Source: Mytilus californianus (Eukaryota). Taken from it: DNA of 64,000 nt. The first letter of the stretch is position 1, and each line of letters opens with the position of its first letter. Positions 1 through 11,584 of the stretch are shown here, piece by piece. The notes beneath the pieces were generated by a model. It was not told the origin of the DNA. It searched no databases and worked only from the letters and a program-made list of their open reading frames with translations. The stretch covers positions 31,558,001 to 31,622,000 of the forward strand of contig NW_026262701.1 in NCBI RefSeq assembly GCF_021869535.1, read 5' to 3'. The position numbers and the translations under genes were made by a program.

Positions 1-585
1 TTTTTAATTTGAGTGAATACTATGCGTCTTGGAAGAAAGAAAACGAAATGGGTTCTATAACTCTGCGGTTACCTGTTCAAAGTTAAAGGTCACTTCAGTA
101 ACCAAACGAAATAAACGTTGTCTCTTTATCGTATTATTGAATTATAATATCCATTGATATCTAATTAAACATAATAAATTTTACTTATGTTCATCACTGA
201 AAGTTTCTTGAGATGGAAACTATTACTGGTACTGAAATAAGTTTCCACCACCTTAACTGTCTTTAATGTATCAATTATGTAAGAGACCTTTTTCTCAGTA
301 TGAATAGACTTTTTCGTGGTAAATTCTATTGTGGTTTGTTTTCGTTGTATTGTTAAACTATAATCACTACATCTTTGTATTGATAATAGTACATTTTACT
401 GGGATTGCTATTGTTTTTGAACGAAAAGAACAATGAACACATATCAATGTATCCGTAAAAAGGGGAGACGATACCTAGGGGATATTCAAATATTCTCATC
501 TTTGAAAATTGAATGAAAACGATACTTTATGATCCTTTTTGTCAAGATAGATTTGCAAATGTCCTTTATACTTATTCTATTATAG

Positions 586-717
586 ATGCCAATTAGAGTA
601 TATGTACCAATAGTTTCTCATGACAAAACTCTTGTTCCGGTATTGAAATATAATATAAACGGAAAGAAATGGCGAACAGGGCAGAGATTACCAGAAGTAC
701 AACTTGATGACGTTTAT
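586..717 (+). CDS. Copy 1 exon E (ZU5-1, MPIRVYVPIVSHD...KW)
   Basis: tatag| acceptor and |gtaag donor; 132 nt, same length as homologues at 29220-29351 and 55190-55321. Confidence 0.85.
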
Positions 718-3700
718 GTAAGTTAATCCATATTTCTCGGAATAGCGGGTGGTCTAGAATGCTATTTGTATATTGCAAAAGGTATATATGGAAAAAAGAA
801 TTATGGCATCAATATATAGAAGAGGCTGTCAATGTGTAACAGAACTGATGATCAAACCATCTGGAAATCTGTTAATCTCCTCCTGCTGTAATTTTTAGTT
901 GGTAAGATAAATATCAAATTCATCTTTTAATTCGAGCACAACACAGATATATGCATATCTCATTAGCAGGCTTATGACCAGAAAAGTAAATTTAACACTT
1001 GTCGCTTAACTTAAAACATCCCTTTAACCTATCATTCAAGCATTATAAATACTAATCAGCCAGCGAATGATTCCCAACAATGAATGAAAATTGACGTTTC
1101 AAGTAGAAAATATATACGGTTAAAAGAATAACAATTTCTCTTCAGGGTATCTCATTTGTTGGCGTAGAAATTCCGTTGACACAACTGAAACAACTGCAGT
1201 GTGTAGCAGTAGCTAGACATCCAAGAGATGAAACGGAGGTAGATGAAGGTGGTAAAGAGTTTGAACCAGAGGGTGATAGAAACATTAAACTAAAATTTCC
1301 TCCTGCAGCATTTCCTGGAATAACAACCGTTGCAACAGTGGTATTTTAAAGTTATCTTCAGATATATAAAAACAATCAGGCAAAAATGGCAGTTTTAATA
1401 CATTTAGGGATAACCTCTTTCTTTCTTGTTAGCAAGGCTATTTTTATTTCTAAATTCTGATATAATGTCTGCAAAATTTTCTATTTTATTCTATCGTTTG
1501 AACAATGTAAATATGCGCGCATAGGACGGACGTATCTTGTCTTTCTGGTCTTTTTTTTATCTCGCTCTTGAAAATGTCATTTTATCTTCAACTTATATTT
1601 TTTTGCATATTTGTTCCTTACATTCTAATAAATGATTACAGACTGTGCCTTGGACTCAAAATGACATCATAAATGCGTCGAAAAGACACAGAGAGTTGGA
1701 AAATATGAAAATAGCAGGTTCTTATATCAACATCTCGTGTGAAAATTCAACAAATGCAGATTCTGACCTTGAGATTTACAACCTTGGATGGGAAGGTAAG
1801 TCTTTAATTAATCCATTTAACACCAACAGTTAGAATTCAAATCATAGATTTCTTTTAAAAATTAACCACGAATGAGTGTCTGTTTAAATGAAATTGCTAT
1901 TCCATACTCTTTTTTTTTCAATAATTCTTATTGATTATTCGACAATAATCGACAGAGAATTAGTCTGTATGACGGGTCTATGTTGACGACGTTTTTGTAG
2001 ACATCTATCGCAAATAGACACTATTAAGTTTCACTGTGCTTTTATAGAGAGTTATCAAAAGTTTCATCAAGTGGATACACACCACTTTCGATTTAAGTAT
2101 TTTTTATTCGACACCGACGGTATTTATGATCACTTGTTCCAGAATCAAGCTTCATGTTAGCATGTTTTATCGTGTGATGAGAACTTGTTCACAGTTAAAC
2201 ATGTTTTCAAAATGTGCCTTCCTTGAATGAATTTACAGTGAATAAAAGTATTGGTAAAAGACATACCTTGAACCGCGAGACCCTGAGCAGATGTAGCAGG
2301 TGGATAGTTAACAACATGAATCCTGATGACATGGCTCTGCACTTAGATGATATGTTTGAGAGCGATTTTGCTGAAGAGCTAATGGTAGGCTGGTTTTGTT
2401 TCTTTTAAACAATTGTAGCAAAATGTTTTTAAATTGCGTAATCTTGATAATTTGAATAAATAAAGGCAACAGTAATATACCGCTGTTCAATAAATCGATA
2501 AAGCGAAAACAAATCCGGGTTACAAATTAAAACCGAGGGAAACACATTAACTATAAGAGGTAAACAACGGAACAACAGAAACACTGAACTGCAACAACAA
2601 CAAACGCCAACATACATAGAAACGCACTATTTGAAAACAACTGTAATATAACATTATCGTATTAAGATTAAGACGTTTCGATTTGGAAAAAAATATTTTA
2701 AATACCGGGTTTCAGTTTTTCGGTTAATTCTTTGTCAGTTTTATGCTCTCTGACATGTAGTAATTTCGGCTCTCTAAATCAATTGAAATTAGTTCTATCA
2801 AAACTTTTGATTTTTCAACCCTGTATATCACCATTCCCCATGTGAAATTAAAATATCGTCTAAAAGAAATAATCCACAATGCTTTTCAACATATAATGGT
2901 AGCATACGCTATACATTTATTACCTTGGGATACCATACGGCATATTTTGTTAATAGCAAACAAAAAGGTAAAACATGCTACACAGAGGAACAATTTTCCC
3001 CACCTTATTAGTAGCAATATACCAACTTCACCTGCATATGGGATATACATTTCTAACTCATTCGGTATTCAAGAGCTTGCAGCTGCTACTCAGACTTTAT
3101 AACACGTCACCAGTGTCTGAGCAAAAAGTTGATGAACCAGGGTAATGTCAAAGAACGTCTCGTCCTTTTTCAAAAAAAGTTCATCTGAAGATACCAAGAC
3201 CTTGTTGATAAATATTCTGTATTAACTTCACAAATAATACACGTTGGTCTTGAAGTAAAGATTATAGGTACTAACGTTGTTTATCATCTTAATTATGTGT
3301 TATAGTGTTCTTTTATTTGTCTTTGTAAATTATTACATTTACTGTTTAGTCTATTTTTGGTAATATCCATTTGATGTAGCTCGGTACTTATACGTCCCGT
3401 CATTGTGTTATTGTGCTATGATAAATTTTTGTCTTTCGTTTTCGTTTATATGCCTTTTTGTTTTTTTGTTTTTTGACATATTTGTTTGTTTTTATAGTGA
3501 TTAAGATTATAACACAATGTTAGCTGCTGTACCCCTATTTTTTACATTTTTACCTATTATGTCTGTTTGTTTTGTTCACACATTGTTGTCAATATAATGG
3601 AATTTTATACGACTGTCATACAAGTGAGAGGTTTAGCTAGCTATAAAACCAGGTTTAATCCACAGTTTTCTACATCAGAAAATGTCTGTACCAAGTCAAG

Positions 3701-6700
3701 AATATGACTATTGGTTTCCATTCGTTTGATGTCTTTGAGCTTTTGATTTTGCCATTTGATTAGGGACTTTCCGTTTTGAATTTTCCTCAGAGTTCGGTAT
3801 TTTTGTTATTTTACCTTTGACCTTAAGTCTGGTCATTCAATAGTATTTTAGAATCATGTGTCGTATAGACGGAAATTGGTATCATAATTGTTTACCACGA
3901 TTAACGATAGCAAGATTTTCTAATAGAAAAATTCATTATTATTCCTCTTAGAACCGATTTTGTACAATTTGTGTAAATACAGTTGCGTCTTGAAAGTTTG
4001 TTTTTATCTTCTATTGATTTAAGATTGTTACCTTTACAGACAAAAAATACACAAGGAGATAAGAATAGACACATTTTATATGAATTAATGGAATCAGATG
4101 ATGCCAGTATTGACACTTTCGTCGAAAATTTAAGTTCTTCACAACCAAATGTAGCAGACAAAATCATTGCTGTGAAGTCAAAAGTACAAAGTTCCAGAAA
4201 ATCCAAAGATTCAAAATACGATTTCAATTTTGCAAGTGACTTTGATCCAGGTAAACTAGCAGTTTTGACTGAGTATTTATTTTAACTAGTAGCGGGAAAT
4301 GGGAATATATCTAAAAAAAACTTTCAAATTGGACGATAATATCGAAAACGAATTTGAAATCGAACAGTACAATACGTACCAATTTAGTTAACAACAAATG
4401 CACCTAAGAAAAGCATGCAAATATAACACAAGACATATTGCCAAGAAGCTCGGATTTATAGCGTTAAAAGACACTCTGACCTAGTCGAGTGCAATTGGTT
4501 CATTCTTTTTAGTTGGTTTATTTTTGTAACGTCATGTTTAAATCAAAATGAATCTATGCTTAGTAAGCAGGTTTCTTTCCTAGGTTTACGTCAATTCAAC
4601 CTGAACAATTTATATTTTAACAAGTAGCGATTTCTTGATGAAAGGCTATTTTAATAAAAACAAATACACGGAAACGAAGAATTGACCCTGGGAAGAAATA
4701 AGTTTTACTATTAACTTTGAATAATTTCTAAACAGATTTCGAAAAGAAAGAGGGAATAGTTTATATGGTTTCCAAAGTCAGTGGCAAATCATGGGAAATA
4801 GCACCAATAGAAGAAACTGATGCTCATCCAAAAGCAAGATTCCTAAAACTTCCTGCTGGGAACAACAATTTTCAGTAAGTTGACACTTAATTAGAAACCT
4901 AATTCTAGACAATCACATTAGATAATAAATTTGGAACTTTCAATCCATATATACATTATCGATGATTTTATATTTATGTTTTATTTAGATTTATATTTTG
5001 CATACATCGCAACCCTGAAAAGCTGGGAAAAAGATGTTAACCACTTTGTACACACCAGATCTTTGATATGTATAACTTTGGCACAATCGAGTTTGGAAAT
5101 CTATTTTGTAGATTTTACATTTACAGATATTCGTATTTCTTTTTTCATTTGAAATGTATTATACTTTTAAAATTATTGAGGTGCTTATTAGTTTCAATAT
5201 TTAATAATTCAATACATGTATTTTCATCAATAAAATATTTTGCATTTATAGGGTACTGGGTCTGGTTGTTCCATTTGAGATGAAAGATGAAGTTATCTGT
5301 AAAACAGCTGAAATTCTAGAAAGTTTGAATTGTGTCACTAAGGTGTCACTGATATGTCGTCAAAAGCACGCAGATCCTCATGATGCTGTTATTCAGTGTG
5401 TCCGGACAGAAAATATAGCTGGTACTCTTCATCATTTGGATGCTTTAGGATATACAGATGGTCCACCGGAAAGCTCAGAGTTTGGGGTTGTTGATGGAGA
5501 AGAAATTGAAGTACAATACGAATCTAATTTGTATTTCGAGTATTATCAATATTCTACCTTGAAGATGAAATTTTACAGCAATCTTTCTGTCGAAAGATAT
5601 TCAGGAAATCTCCTAGTCCTTAACAAAGGCGACCAAGCCGAAGACGATAAATATCACGGACATTTTTCCTACAGTGTACTCCCTGGTCGGTTGTCCATTC
5701 CAAGGCAAGGAACATTTGTCTTATATGTGCCAAAGGTATGCATATCAGAAAATGTGAAACAAAATTCAGACAATATAAAACATAAACGAAACATACTTAT
5801 GTATATATATTCATGATTGAATATAAAACAACATGAACAATGTAAACAAAGTAAATGCACCGTACTATTTATAGTGTACCGTTCAGCGATCCTGCGAGAA
5901 TCACCAAGCTGACGTTATTCCTGTAATATACATTGTCGAACGTAATTTCTTCCAATGCATTGATTAATAGTTCATTAGTGATATTAAAACGGTAAAAGAA
6001 ACTCGACAATACATTCAGGGTAGGAAAATATTGTTCTAGTTCATTCTGAAATAGATGTTAACATGAGCGAATTGTTAAAACAACATAATGTATTTACAGC
6101 ACGTACATTTTTTTCTGACATTTTCTCAATATGTAACCATAAAGGACCAAAAGTATAGCCACATCTGCACAATAAATCGGAGCTATGCATGAAGGAGATA
6201 TATTCGTTAATTTCAAATAATTTCAACTGTAAATAACATACCAAAACACTAGAAGAGATGTATGATTAAACGAGAAAGACATGTAATAAATATAAAAAGA
6301 AGATGTGGTTTGATTGCCAATGAGACAACTCTCAACAATAGACCAAATGACACAGAAATTAACAACTATAGGTCACTGTACGGCCTTCAAAAATGAGCAA
6401 AGCCAATGCCGCATCGTCAGCTATAAAGGGCCTCGAAATGACAAATGTTTAACAATTCAATAAAGCATGTCTGTGCCATTTTATTCTTTAAAATACATTT
6501 TATTATCTTTTAACACATTTCCAGAAAGTTGGTAAAAGTTGGTAGATGTATTTAAGACAATGTGAATATGTACTCACTCTCTCTGTAAAGTATTTGATAG
6601 ATATGTAGAATATTTTGGATCATTTTTCACACAGGTATTGCGTTCATGCTTAGTTGGTATACTGTTCATGTATATATTATGTATGTTACAATACAGTAGT

Positions 6701-9694
6701 GTTTGTTTGTATCTGTACTATTTTTTTTTTAATTTAATCCAATTATAATCATTTTGTATGTTTTATAAAAAGATATCATAACCCAAAAGTGCATTTACTA
6801 TAAAGTAATTATTTTCAGCCTTTAGAAGAAAACGTCACCAACTTTCCTTATACATTGGGTGTGCCAGGTATGCTTGTCCCATATAACACAAAAAACTGTG
6901 ATAAAAAAGTGGAATACAATATCAAATCAACTCTAAAGGATAGATTTTGTATGCTACAAATAAATGGAAGTTTAATTACTGTGACTTTTATTACTTTTCT
7001 CTCTCTCTGACACCATAGATGCACAATATAATCAACAAGGGGGGCACAATACAAAGTTCCCGAAGGTCAGCAGATACTTATTTTTTTTTTAATTTCTCTG
7101 ATTGAGGAACAAAGGAAGTAAAGAAGACAGTTAGGAAAGATATACAGCCAATAGTTCAATATTGTGTTAGTTCAGTGTTCCCAGATTAGAAGCTTTTACA
7201 CGCAATGCTAAACAAAAGTAAAATTTTGTTATTAGTTTCAAAATATTGTTTCCATTATTTAAGTTTTCCACTAAAATATGACTTTCATGAATAGTACTTT
7301 ACACTGTGAAATGGCTTCCACTGGGTTCATGAACTGTATTATTTTTTTTTCCAAGAAAATAGTTCAATATAAAATTGAGAATGGAAATGGGGAATGTGTC
7401 AAAGAGACAACAACCCGACCACAGAACAGACAACAGCAGAAGGCCACCAATAGGTCTCCAATGCAGCGAGAAATTCCCGATGTTAATTTTCTAAACGTAC
7501 ATGTACATCCATCAGTTTTGTTTCCTTTTTTTATACGGATACATTTACATTTTATCTTTGAAGAATATTACATGTTTTTGGCTACGTCGGTGCCGTCTTA
7601 ATACAGAACACACGAACAGCAATAATCAGCGTGACACAGTTTTCTTTGTAAATACAAATTTTAAGTAATTTATAACGATTTCTTAAAATATTTCAGTCAA
7701 GGCATTGGCAAAGTTTATTGCTTGGCAAATTACTTGTACCAATTCTAATTCAACAAAATGGGTATGTCTTGGCAAAAATCTAACAGATGGGGACACACAG
7801 CTATATCATCAAATATTGGAAAATGTGAAAGAGCAACGGGATAATGCAGAAGAACGTGAACGTTGTGAATTGTACATTTTGTATTGGTCCAACCACCATG
7901 CACCAGATGTTACTGACAAGGTATAACGGAAACAAAAATACTTACTAAGAAACTAGTACCTCAGAAATGAAAGTGCAGAATGTTATTATATAATAAAGTG
8001 TATATGAAATGGATTTTTCAATATCAGGAGAGAGCTGTTTGATTTGTATGGGGGAGATATTAATGTGTCATTTGATATAATCTACATATTTACTGGCAAT
8101 ATCAACATGATCAACATTTGTTTTCTTTATGTGCTAGGTCAAATCTTAATTCATTTGGTTATTTGCTGTTCTTAACATTTTTGTTGATTGTATTTGATAT
8201 GTATTGCAAAAACCCGAGGGTTCCTGCTCTATCAACGACGTCCATCGAGTTGCTAATTCTAAAACCAAATAAGTGACACTCTGTCATTAGGAGTCTTAAT
8301 AAAGACTTTCTGTAATTTCGAAATGGTTTGAATGATGAGATGCAAGGAATGGTAAACGCCAATAAAAGTATACATGTATAATTAAATTCAAAAATTGCAA
8401 GCTTACTTAAGTACGACACGTCAGTTAAGGTGTCCTCCAAACTGGTTAGGATTATATTTTGATTATTCCTCAAATGCAACGTGTTGCTTACGTATGTTAT
8501 TTGTTTTTATTATAAAGATAGCGAAGATAATAGCTGCTCATCGTCATACACAGTTAGAAGCAGAAGCAAAGCAATTCATAAAACCTTTCATTCCAGGCAG
8601 AGGTAAAAACTAAATTGAAATAGTATTTATTTGAGTATCTTTAATTTAAATGAGTGTGCAGTTTGATCATGATTTTATAATGAAGTATGGGGACAATAGG
8701 TTTTTGTGGCAAATGAAGGCCCTGAATGGGCATTCTATAATTACCACTGAGCAAGCAACAACCAGTCAACATTAAGACACAACTTAAATCGTTTCAAAGA
8801 TTAATATCTAATTATTAACGTAACGCTCTGTTTAACGTCTTCCGTTTAACTTATATTTAGGCAACAGCAATTTATCGACGTTAAAAAAAGGGTTAAGAAG
8901 AGAAACCAAGGTAACAAGCAAAAATTGAAGGTGTCGCATGAACTCCAACAGGAGCGATACCGAATGCAGCAACAGGGTAAGCATCTCCTGTTATGCATGC
9001 ATCACCCGCTGGGCGAATCCACAATCAGTCGAAATGTTACAATAGAGAATAGGACACATTTTACGATTACATATATATATATATATATATTTGACGACTT
9101 TTCTGGTTTCTAAATTCGATATTGGTAAATGTGTTCTCTACAAGAAAATATATTATTAAAAGTCATTAGAAGCGCTTAGTTGGGTAAACTTGACATGGTT
9201 GAACAAAATAATACTCCCTTGCAGTCATTTAAACCAAAATAAACTATAACATGTATAACCATGAAATGTATATGTTGTTGGATTTAATTAACAATAAAAG
9301 TGTCTTTTAAATTAGTTAACAATGTTGTGAAGAACATTATGTGGGATAAAAATAATTCTTATTTTACATCAAATCATTGTAAAAATATGCTACTGCACGT
9401 TATATATATTTTTTAGGAATTTTATCAAATGATAACCTGGAAAAGATGGCTTATGTTTTAGCAAAGGATTGGGAAGTTTTTGCAAAGAAACTAGGGTTTT
9501 CGAGTGATGATATTAACAAAATAAAATCGAACCAACCTGGTGAAGTAAGACGTACACTAAGAGTGCTAGATCTCTGGCGGCTGTCAGATGGCGCTATTCA
9601 AAAGGGAACAGAGTTGGTAAAGAGTTTGCACCAAGCTGCAAGGGCAGCTCAATGTGGTGCAAAGTTACTAAGCATGATTTCTGAAGATCTATAA
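586..9694 (+). CDS. Copy 1: PIDD1/DTHD1-like ZU5-ZU5(CARD insert)-UPA-DD-DD gene, 5'-partial, 11 exons, about 698 aa in window
   Basis: Exons 586-717, 1146-1340, 1642-1795, 2239-2384, 4040-4250, 4736-4874, 5252-5735, 6819-6867, 7697-7920, 8518-8602, 9417-9694. All junctions are GT-AG, phases join into one open frame (2097 nt) ending in TAA, and homologous exons recur twice downstream. Confidence 0.9.
1146..1340 (+). CDS. Copy 1 exon F (end of ZU5-1, start of ZU5-2: GGKEFEPEGDRNIKLKFPPAAF)
   Basis: ZU5 N-terminal motif GG..(x)..v.l.FPP.AF; 195 nt, same as 58808-59002. Confidence 0.9.
1642..1795 (+). CDS. Copy 1 exon G (ZU5-2 core)
   Basis: TVPWTQNDIINASKRH...YNLGWE; ttacag| and |gtaag; 154 nt, same as 59922-60075. 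Confidence 0.9.
2239..2384 (+). CDS. Copy 1 exon H (CARD, first half)
   Basis: ETLSRCSRWIVNNMNPDDMALHLDDMFESDFAEELM matches the CARD helix 1-3 pattern; 146 nt, same as 60290-60435. Confidence 0.85.
2993..3815 (+). mobile_element. 5'-truncated Penelope-like retroelement (Naiad/Chlamys-type RT C-terminus plus tail) in the CARD intron
   Basis: With frameshifts reads PHL.SNIPTSPAYGIYISQLIR..RAC..YSDF..RHQCLSKKLMNQG..KERL. Confidence 0.75.
4040..4250 (+). CDS. Copy 1 exon I (CARD, second half, plus linker)
   Basis: TKNTQGDKNRHILYELMESDDASIDTFVENLSSSQPNVADKI matches the CARD helix 4-6 pattern (T..dk.r.lL..l......f..F...L...qp.lad.l). Confidence 0.85.
4736..4874 (+). CDS. Copy 1 exon J (C-terminal strands of ZU5-2)
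   Basis: DFEKKEGIVYMVSKVSGKSWEIAP...ARFLKLP; aacag| and |gtaag; homologue at 63882-64000. Confidence 0.85.
5252..5735 (+). CDS. Copy 1 exon K (UPA domain)
   Basis: LDALGYTDGPPESSEFGVVDGEEIEV...KFYSNL...YHGHFSY resembles the PIDD1 UPA pattern (GPEPSDTVEMFEGE..FYS..RGQVSF, recalled from memory). Confidence 0.85.
6819..6867 (+). CDS. Copy 1 exon L (49-nt linker)
   Basis: ttttcag|CCT...CCAG|gtatg; the phase 0 to 1 change is needed to join K to M. Confidence 0.7.
7697..7920 (+). CDS. Copy 1 exon M (death domain 1, helices 1-5)
   Basis: ALAKFIAWQI...KWVCLGKNL...ERCELYILYW has the DD pattern l..ia..l...W..L...L ... l..W. Confidence 0.8.
8518..8602 (+). CDS. Copy 1 exon N (end of DD1 and linker)
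   Basis: IAKIIAAHRHTQLEAEAKQFIKPFIPGR; 85 nt, same as 40605-40689. Confidence 0.8.
9417..9694 (+). CDS. Copy 1 exon O (death domain 2, terminal exon)
   Basis: LEKMAYVLAKDWEVFAKKLGFSSDDINKIK...LRVLDLW is a canonical death domain; TAA stop at 9692-9694. Confidence 0.92.
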
Positions 9695-11584
9695 CTGTAA
9701 CAAGACGATTTGAAACGTTGTTCTACTGTAATGTTGTTGCTGAAATATTTGATGTATCCAATAATTATTATATTGATATTCATGTATATATATCTATATC
9801 AAACGTTTTTCTGCATAATACAGTGGTGTGTTAAATAATCTTCATAAGGTACCGTAAATTATTTACTATCGGTTGCCTATGTCTATGCATTGCGAAAACA
9901 CTTGTGGATATTTAATGTCGTAGTTTTTGTAACTTCTTCATGTAAATCCATAGAAAGTTTATATTTTGTTTATACTTTCTTTTCCCATGAAATTCATTAA
10001 ACTAGTATCAAACCAAAAGTAATAAATATGTGGTTTAAAGTACTTAATCCTTATGTCGTGTCGTATGTCCTTTAATTGAACAGTATCTACTAAAGGAAAA
10101 AATTCAAACTTTTCCGAAAACACGTGTGGCTAAAACTGAATGAGTTATAGTTTGGTTTGTACAAGTTATTCCTTGTGTTCCTGTTGTTCCTTTGTTTTCC
10201 TCTTATAGTTGATGTGTTTCCCTCGGTTTTGGTTTGTAACCCGGATTTGTTTTCTCTCAATCGATATATGATTTTTGAAAACCGGTATACTACTGTTGCC
10301 TTTCTTTATAGGCATAATCTCTGTTTGTGATGTTTATCTGCAAATCATTTTATATGCACTTTTGTTTGTCAATTTTTCAAACAATAGAATAATAGAATAT
10401 TATGGATGTATGTGACGTCACAAATATTCATACTACGTACTTGGATGCAAATACGAAAACTTTAGTTATCAGCCAGACCCTTTTATTTTCCGTGTAATTA
10501 ATAAATAGTCATAATATACAAATGACAGCTTCTTTCCGTTACGATATTTATGTTATTATAATTGTCTTAGTTTGCCTAGCCGCATTTTAGACTGGTGGTA
10601 GAATTGAAGCATCCAATGCAAGATATCGCTTGATTTGTAAAAGTATAATATATTACTAATTTGTTAACACAAGGCTGTTTTTTAACCAGATGCCGTCAAT
10701 AACCAGATCATTGTTTGAACAATTTATATGCTTCATTCGTGACCCATGAATAAGTTTATGAGAATTTATTCATGACAAAAATATTAAAGAAAAGGACTTT
10801 ATTTAGCTGTGCTTTTGTTTTCGAATTTGTGAATATTTGTTTTTTATCGCAAATTATTTCAATTTTTGACAACACATGTAGCTATATGTATTTTGGTATA
10901 AAGCCCGTTTCAATTGGATGAAAGATAAATGTTTGGAGGCTTCTTTGAAAGAAACTGGTTTATTTCTTAAGTTGTACAGTTTTTGATTAATTTCATTTAA
11001 ATTTGTAGAATTGAAAAGTGTAAATTAAGAGACGAAATAAATGCAAACACAGAAACGTTAATGTAGAGACCTAATAATCCTAAAGAATATATTGCTTTAG
11101 ATACAAAGGTTATAGATACCAATCATTTCATTTTTGTGCACCTGAAAGATATCAGTTAATTGTTTCTTTATTTTTATTAAATATTATAAAACTGCTATTC
11201 AGTTGAAGAATGTTATAGTATTGTTTATGCAACCCTTGTATGTTTAAAGTAAACAGAGAAAGAATGTAACTTGAGTATCGTTATATTTCATAATTACAAA
11301 TGAATCTGTGGTATATTATTTTGCTAGCGTAACATACAAAACAAAATTTAATTTTGATGAAAGATAAATTTTTGGAGGCTCGCGCATTAATAATATTGGA
11401 TCAAATTTCTACCTACTTCTAGATTGGAGAAATGGTTTAGTGTTTAAATTATTTCTTTATTTAATTTCTCGGTTGACATTGTTAAAACGCTCTCCTTCCA
11501 CAGTTTGTTTGATTCATCAGATTCTTTAAAGGGAGACCTCACTTATCAGTACATAGATTTTGCCTTTTCTACAAACGTATCTGT

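Noticed and set aside
586-9694. Assigning the symbol PIDD1 or DTHD1
   Set aside because: The architecture differs (no LRR or HFS, extra CARD and DD) and orthology cannot be established without phylogeny.
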